A stretch of DNA of 12,029 nt, from the NCBI GenBank assembly GCA_048941015.1, contig JBHLNZ010000085.1, positions 1 through 12,029 on the forward strand, written 5' to 3'. The notes under the pieces are model-generated. The model was not told the DNA's origin, searched no databases, and saw only the letters and a list, made by a program, of their open reading frames with translations. The first letter of the stretch is position 1. Every line of letters begins with the position of its first letter. Shown in pieces: positions 7,538 to 12,029 of this stretch. Source of the stretch: Promethearchaeota archaeon. Lineage in GTDB: Archaea > Asgardarchaeota > Lokiarchaeia > Sigyniarchaeales > SOKP01. The position numbers and the translations under genes were made by a program.

Positions 7538-7780
7538 ATGAGCGATATGAAATATTTCGATAAAAATAACCCTCTGAAGGCAAACTTTGAAGAGAATCAA
7601 AAAAAAGAGAAAAAATTTAAGACGGAATGCGCATTTTGCGGGAGACATATTGTAAGAAATACTTGGAATAAGAAATATTGCCTTATTAATATATGTCAAC
7701 AACCATCAAAACGATTTTTTTGTTCCCATAAGTGTAAGTTAGGATGGATTTTTAAAATAGAAAGAGAAGTTTTAACTTGA
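7538..7780 (+). CDS. Small TRASH/MYM-like treble-clef zinc-binding protein
   Basis: CAFCG...FFCSHKC motif plus two extra Cys. ATG 7538 is preceded by GTGAGATGA. Confidence 0.7.
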   Translation: MSDMKYFDKNNPLKANFEENQKKEKKFKTECAFCGRHIVRNTWNKKYCLINICQQPSKRFFCSHKCKLGWIFKIEREVLT

Positions 7781-8221
7781 ACTAATTTTTAGATTATCCT
7801 CATCTAATCGTTTATTACATAAAGAATCGCACTTTTGGATATATAAATTACTTCGAGCAACATGAAAGAATTCTACTTTTTCATATTTCTCACCAAGTTT
7901 ATATACTTCGGTACAAAGTTTCAAAAGATGCGGTTTATTAATTTTCCATTTTCTATTTATTTGTTGTATTGCTAACTTGCTATCTGAAAAAAGTTGAATA
8001 TATCCTCTTGAGACCTGCTGAGCTACTTTTAAAGCATTTATAATAGCTTTATATTCAGCAATATTGTTGGTGGCATGGCCGATGTAATCTACTCCCTTTT
8101 GAATAACTTGATTATCATGTATAATAAGGAACGCTATTGCTGCGGGACCAGGGTTACCACGAGCGGCTCCATCTGTGTAAATTTTAAGGATATCTCCTTT
8201 TTTTATCGGAATCTTGCTCAT
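7772..8221 (-). CDS. rnhA: Ribonuclease HI family protein (archaeal/short type)
   Basis: YTDGAARGNPG, TNNIAEY, SDSKL and CDSL carry the D-E-D-D catalytic residues. Confidence 0.93.
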   Translation of the reverse strand: MSKIPIKKGDILKIYTDGAARGNPGPAAIAFLIIHDNQVIQKGVDYIGHATNNIAEYKAIINALKVAQQVSRGYIQLFSDSKLAIQQINRKWKINKPHLLKLCTEVYKLGEKYEKVEFFHVARSNLYIQKCDSLCNKRLDEDNLKISSS

Positions 8222-8344
8222 AGTAAGATAGTATTAATAATGTATATTATTAATTTTTAGATTTGTGCTATCGTTATTTAAAATCAACATATTCATAAAC
8301 TAGTAAATTTTTTGTAACAAAACTTAATTTGAGTTCAGGAAATA

Positions 8345-9262
8345 ATGTATGGAGAATTAGCTGGAATTCTTACCACTATATCGTTTGCTCTTTCATTTGT
8401 ATTAGCAAGGAGGATACAAGAAGAAGCTACACCAATTTTTCAAAATACAATACGCGCTCTAGTTGGTTTTATCACATTCTTTATTATTTGTCTAATGTTT
8501 GGGGTAATTCTAACTTTTAGACAACTTCCAATACTAATAATATTTATGTTAATGTTGAGCATCCTATTTACCGTTATTTTAGGAGATACTGCATATCTTC
8601 AATCTCAGAAGACTTTAGGGCCAGCTAAGGCTCTTGCAATAGGGAATACTACTCCCTTTTTTACTATCTTATTCTCTACATTCTTTTTAGGACGACCATT
8701 TACTATTCTAATGATCTTTTCGGGAATATTAATCGGGATTGGCGCTTATATCATTAATAGAAAGGATTCGAGTAGAAACGATGAAAACGAAAACCTTACA
8801 ATAAGTTCAACCAAAACTAAATCAGGATTACTTTGGGCATTTTTTGCTTCTATATCATGGGCAATAGGCTTATCATTATCTGATTATTCGATAGGCCAAA
8901 CTAATCAAATATTAGGATTAGGGATTTTGAGCACGGTTGTTGCTATGATGGTTAGATTCTTATTTGCCTCAGTGGTTTTAATTGGTATAAGTTTGATAGA
9001 ACAAAGAAAGAAACCAATACCAAAATCTCGATCTACATGGAAATTTCTGATTTTATCCGCAATACTTAGTTATTCACTTGGTAGCATTTTTTTTGGAGAA
9101 GCAGTTTATAGAGTTGGCGCTTCTTTTATGGCGTTAATTTCTACTGCGATGCCTTTATTTACAATTCCATTTTCTTATCTTATAAATAAGGAAAAACTCT
9201 CAAAAAAAGGTTTTTTGGGAGTAATTCTAACAGTACTAGGTGTAATATTAATTCTAATTTAA
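8345..9262 (+). CDS. DMT/EamA-family transporter
   Basis: 305 aa, about 10 TM helices in two repeats. GPAKA...TTPFFT and GASFMA...PLFT.......KEK are typical EamA motifs. Confidence 0.92.
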   Translation: MYGELAGILTTISFALSFVLARRIQEEATPIFQNTIRALVGFITFFIICLMFGVILTFRQLPILIIFMLMLSILFTVILGDTAYLQSQKTLGPAKALAIGNTTPFFTILFSTFFLGRPFTILMIFSGILIGIGAYIINRKDSSRNDENENLTISSTKTKSGLLWAFFASISWAIGLSLSDYSIGQTNQILGLGILSTVVAMMVRFLFASVVLIGISLIEQRKKPIPKSRSTWKFLILSAILSYSLGSIFFGEAVYRVGASFMALISTAMPLFTIPFSYLINKEKLSKKGFLGVILTVLGVILILI

Positions 9263-9287
9263 GCAAAATAAAGTAATATTAAAATCG

Positions 9288-9322
9288 AAAAAGAAAAAAT
9301 AAAAAAAAAGGAAGGAAAAAAA
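9288..9322 (-). terminator. Oligo-T terminator region of the large surface-protein gene
   Basis: Several A tracts on + (T tracts on -) about 30-60 nt past the 9351 stop, in a convergent spacer. Confidence 0.5.
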
Positions 9323-9350
9323 TTTAATAAAATTTCTATTTATTTAAAGA

Positions 9351-12029
9351 CTAGGGTGAATTTAGTCCATTTTTATCAATTTTCTCTAGACTTTCATTAG
9401 ATATCTCTGTAATATCTGATTTAGCAGGTAACTTTTTCTTTATTTGTTTTTCTAAAGCAGAAATTTCCTCAGAATAGTGCTTTTGAATTATTCCTTCTCT
9501 ACTTGAAACTTCTATGCTTAATGGTTTTTTCTTCTTTAATTTACTCTTAAATTTATGAATCTTACGAACCTGTTTAGGATACTTTAAGACTTTTTGATAA
9601 GCGAGTAGATAGCCCGAAACACCGATGGCTGCAGCTATTCCTACAATCGTTAGAACCTGGAATAGAAGCACGTTTTCAGGAGGCCTTATAATATTCATTG
9701 TTACTTGAAAAGTCGAAAATTCATAATCATCACCTGCGTTCACCGTTATTGAAATGATAAATGTTCCAACAGGGAGATCTGTTAATAGGGCTTCATATAT
9801 ACCATCATCATTTTTATCCGTAAGGAATCCTTGACCAAATGCCCATGTATACCTGAGTGTTGCATTTAATACACTGATATTAAAGGCTGTATCTCTAAGG
9901 TTAATTCTTAATCGAAAATCTTCCCTTGGAGCAAGGTTAAACACAGTTTCTCCTGTCATTGTAGAAATGTTCATTATTATTGTATTCACTTCAAATTTAA
10001 AAAGTGCTGAATAGGATTGGTAATTAGGACGTGAGCAATATATCGTTAAAAATTTAACACCTAGACCTAATTGACTTGTATTCACACTAATAGAGTACTG
10101 ATGATTAAGTGGATTTTCTGATAAATTTAAAGATATATATGTCCCCACTAATTGAACGGTAGCATCTTCAACGGCTGTTCCATTTTCAATGTCAAAATAA
10201 TTCACTGTAATATTTAATAGTTTTCGAATTGGAATAGAAAGTGTCCTATCAATAGTCTTATTGAAGAATATACCATCATATTCCATATAAACATGTAGAT
10301 CTGTATCTTTATCAATTATTTCTATTTTAATTATAAAAGTCTTTGGTTGATAATTCACTTTTTGAGCGTATAATGTAAGAAAATTAATTCCAAAATTAAG
10401 ATCATCTGAATCGAGAGTAAGATTATATTGATTATAAGTCGGATGCTTTGTTAAATTCATAGAAATACCTTCACCAACGATAGTTACTGTTGCATTATCA
10501 ATAAAGAGACCTGTATAATCTTCAAAAATAACAGTTATGTTTACAAATTCGCCAATAGTTACTTGAATTGACTTATCTAATGTTTTGTTATCATCATTTA
10601 AGAATAATTCAAGATTCGATGCTTTTTCTTTTACTTCTACTGTAAATAAAATTGATTCTGACTTATATCCTGCTTTCTGTGCAAAAATTGTTAGAAAATT
10701 TATTCCTTGACCCAAATTATTGGATAAAATAGACACGTTATATTGTTCATACAATAGAACTTCAGTGAAGTTTTCATTAAGTGCACCAGTTAAACTTATA
10801 TCCGCAAGGGAAATATGGCTATCATCTTCGATATCTCGGAATTGTACTGTAATATTTAAAATTTGATTAATTTCAGCTTCGAAATAATTTGTTGTTAGTT
10901 CAGTTTCGTTTATAAACAATTCTAAATAAGCGCCTCGTTCCAAAACGTTAAGCTTTATATTTACAATTGAAGTAGAATAGTTCTCTTTTTCAGCAGAAAT
11001 CACCAAAAAGTGAACTCCTATTCCTAAATCCTCAGCTTTTAATGTATAGTTGTATTGATCGAAGGTTGGATGAGGAGCGAGTGTTTTTGTACCAATTCCT
11101 GAACCAGTAAGTTGCACTAATGCTGTATCGATGAAAACATCGGTAAAATCGTTATAAATTGCAGTAATATTTAGATATTCGTTAACCGAAATGTTATAAA
11201 ATTCAAAAGTAGTACTATCTAAATCATCTAGTAATACCTCTAAAGATGTACTTCGCTCATTTACAGTAATGGTAATGCTAACTAATTTTGCAGTATAGTT
11301 ATCTTTTTGCGCATAAATAGATAATAGATTAGCTCCTAAACTTAACTGATCGGTATTGATGGTTAAATTATATTGATCATAAGTAGGATGGGGTAAGAGA
11401 GTATCCAAATAGGTCCCTCCTGATCTTAATTCGACCATTGCGCCATCAAGGAAGTAGCCTGTGCCATCTTTATAAATAGCAGTTATATTCAACAATTCAC
11501 CGTATGCAATCGCGATGGAAGTTGTTTGAATTTCATCGAGAAAAATGTCTAATACTGTGCTCCTTTCACTAACAGTTATCACAATACTTGCTAAAACAGC
11601 GGTATAATTATCCTTCTTGGCATATATCGATAGAAGATTTACTCCTAAACTTAACTGATCGGTATAGATAGTTAAGTAATATTGATCATAAGTAGGATGG
11701 GGTAAGAGAGTATCCAAATAGGTACCTCCTGATTGTAATTCAACCGTTGCGCCATCAAGGAAGTAGCCTGTACCATCTTTATAAATAGCAGTGATATTCA
11801 ATGGTTCTGCATAGGATAGTGTTATTGCAGTTTGTAGTACCTCCTCAAGATATACATCTAAAGTGGTATTCCTTTCATCGACGGTAATTGTAATGCTTGC
11901 TAAGGCTGCGGTATAGTTATCTTTCTTAGCATAGATAACAAAGGAATTTACTCCTAAATTTAGCTGATCGGTATAGATAGTTAAGTTATATTGATCAAAA
12001 GTAGGATGGGGTAAGAGAGTATCCAAATA
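9351..12029 (-). CDS. Very large cell-surface glycoprotein with tandem Ig-like (~103 aa) repeats, C-terminal TM helix and ~80-aa basic cytoplasmic tail; 5' end outside the window
   Basis: The frame is open to the right edge (the TTG at 12026 is an internal Leu). About 7 complete and 1 partial repeats carry LNIT..Y.D...F.D.A.V.L / QY..T.....L..G.N.L.I.A.K.NY. TM segment LLFQVLTIVGIAAAIGVSGYLLAY; abundant sequons. Confidence 0.9.
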   Translation of the reverse strand, partial: YLDTLLPHPTFDQYNLTIYTDQLNLGVNSFVIYAKKDNYTAALASITITVDERNTTLDVYLEEVLQTAITLSYAEPLNITAIYKDGTGYFLDGATVELQSGGTYLDTLLPHPTYDQYYLTIYTDQLSLGVNLLSIYAKKDNYTAVLASIVITVSERSTVLDIFLDEIQTTSIAIAYGELLNITAIYKDGTGYFLDGAMVELRSGGTYLDTLLPHPTYDQYNLTINTDQLSLGANLLSIYAQKDNYTAKLVSITITVNERSTSLEVLLDDLDSTTFEFYNISVNEYLNITAIYNDFTDVFIDTALVQLTGSGIGTKTLAPHPTFDQYNYTLKAEDLGIGVHFLVISAEKENYSTSIVNIKLNVLERGAYLELFINETELTTNYFEAEINQILNITVQFRDIEDDSHISLADISLTGALNENFTEVLLYEQYNVSILSNNLGQGINFLTIFAQKAGYKSESILFTVEVKEKASNLELFLNDDNKTLDKSIQVTIGEFVNITVIFEDYTGLFIDNATVTIVGEGISMNLTKHPTYNQYNLTLDSDDLNFGINFLTLYAQKVNYQPKTFIIKIEIIDKDTDLHVYMEYDGIFFNKTIDRTLSIPIRKLLNITVNYFDIENGTAVEDATVQLVGTYISLNLSENPLNHQYSISVNTSQLGLGVKFLTIYCSRPNYQSYSALFKFEVNTIIMNISTMTGETVFNLAPREDFRLRINLRDTAFNISVLNATLRYTWAFGQGFLTDKNDDGIYEALLTDLPVGTFIISITVNAGDDYEFSTFQVTMNIIRPPENVLLFQVLTIVGIAAAIGVSGYLLAYQKVLKYPKQVRKIHKFKSKLKKKKPLSIEVSSREGIIQKHYSEEISALEKQIKKKLPAKSDITEISNESLEKIDKNGLNSP
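11333..12029. repeat. Intragenic tandem repeat, 309-bp period, at least 3 copies (last truncated)
   Basis: GTAGGATGGGGTAAGAGAGTATCCAAATA occurs identically at 11383, 11692 and 12001. Confidence 0.95.

Noticed and set aside
7505-7702. 65-aa minus-strand ORF
   Set aside because: Antisense to the Zn-finger ORF, which has the recognisable Cys motif.
7772-8221. RNase H as part of a retroelement or transposon
   Set aside because: Stand-alone cellular type. No RT, integrase, terminal repeats or target duplications nearby.
8075-8260. 61-aa plus-strand ORF
   Set aside because: Antisense shadow of RNase HI.
8329-8520. 63-aa plus-strand ORF
   Set aside because: Alternative frame overlapping the EamA gene; no coding features.
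11333-12029. DGR template/variable repeat pair or CRISPR array
   Set aside because: Mismatches are not adenine-specific on either strand, no reverse transcriptase is visible, and the repeats are in-frame 309-bp coding units rather than repeat-spacer units.
1-12029. Selenocysteine/pyrrolysine read-through or an alternative genetic code
   Set aside because: The recognisable enzymes are full length under the standard code and none shows an internal stop at a catalytic position.

Overview
AT-rich prokaryotic window, most consistent with an Asgard archaeon of the Lokiarchaeia/Promethearchaeota type. This is an inference from protein family styles, GAGGTGA-type ribosome binding, oligo-T terminators and sequon-rich surface proteins. 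From left to right it contains: the 5' end of a TIR-domain gene missed by the ORF track (1-182, minus), a LigB/YgiD extradiol dioxygenase, a PaaI thioesterase, a hemerythrin, a classical SDR, an unannotated 52-aa membrane ORF abutting a CruF-like membrane protein, two small hypothetical genes, a secreted beta-helix + beta-propeller protein, a TRASH-like Zn-finger overlapping RNase HI tail-to-tail, an EamA transporter, and the 3' part of a very large Ig-repeat surface glycoprotein with 309-bp internal repeats. I see no RNA genes, CRISPR array, transposase or DGR. I cannot demonstrate a coherent novel multi-gene system. The best leads are the TIR gene, the patchwork-homogenised repeats and cytoplasmic tail of the surface protein, a candidate SD-sequestering leader with an upstream palindrome, and the split small-ORF/CruF-like pair.
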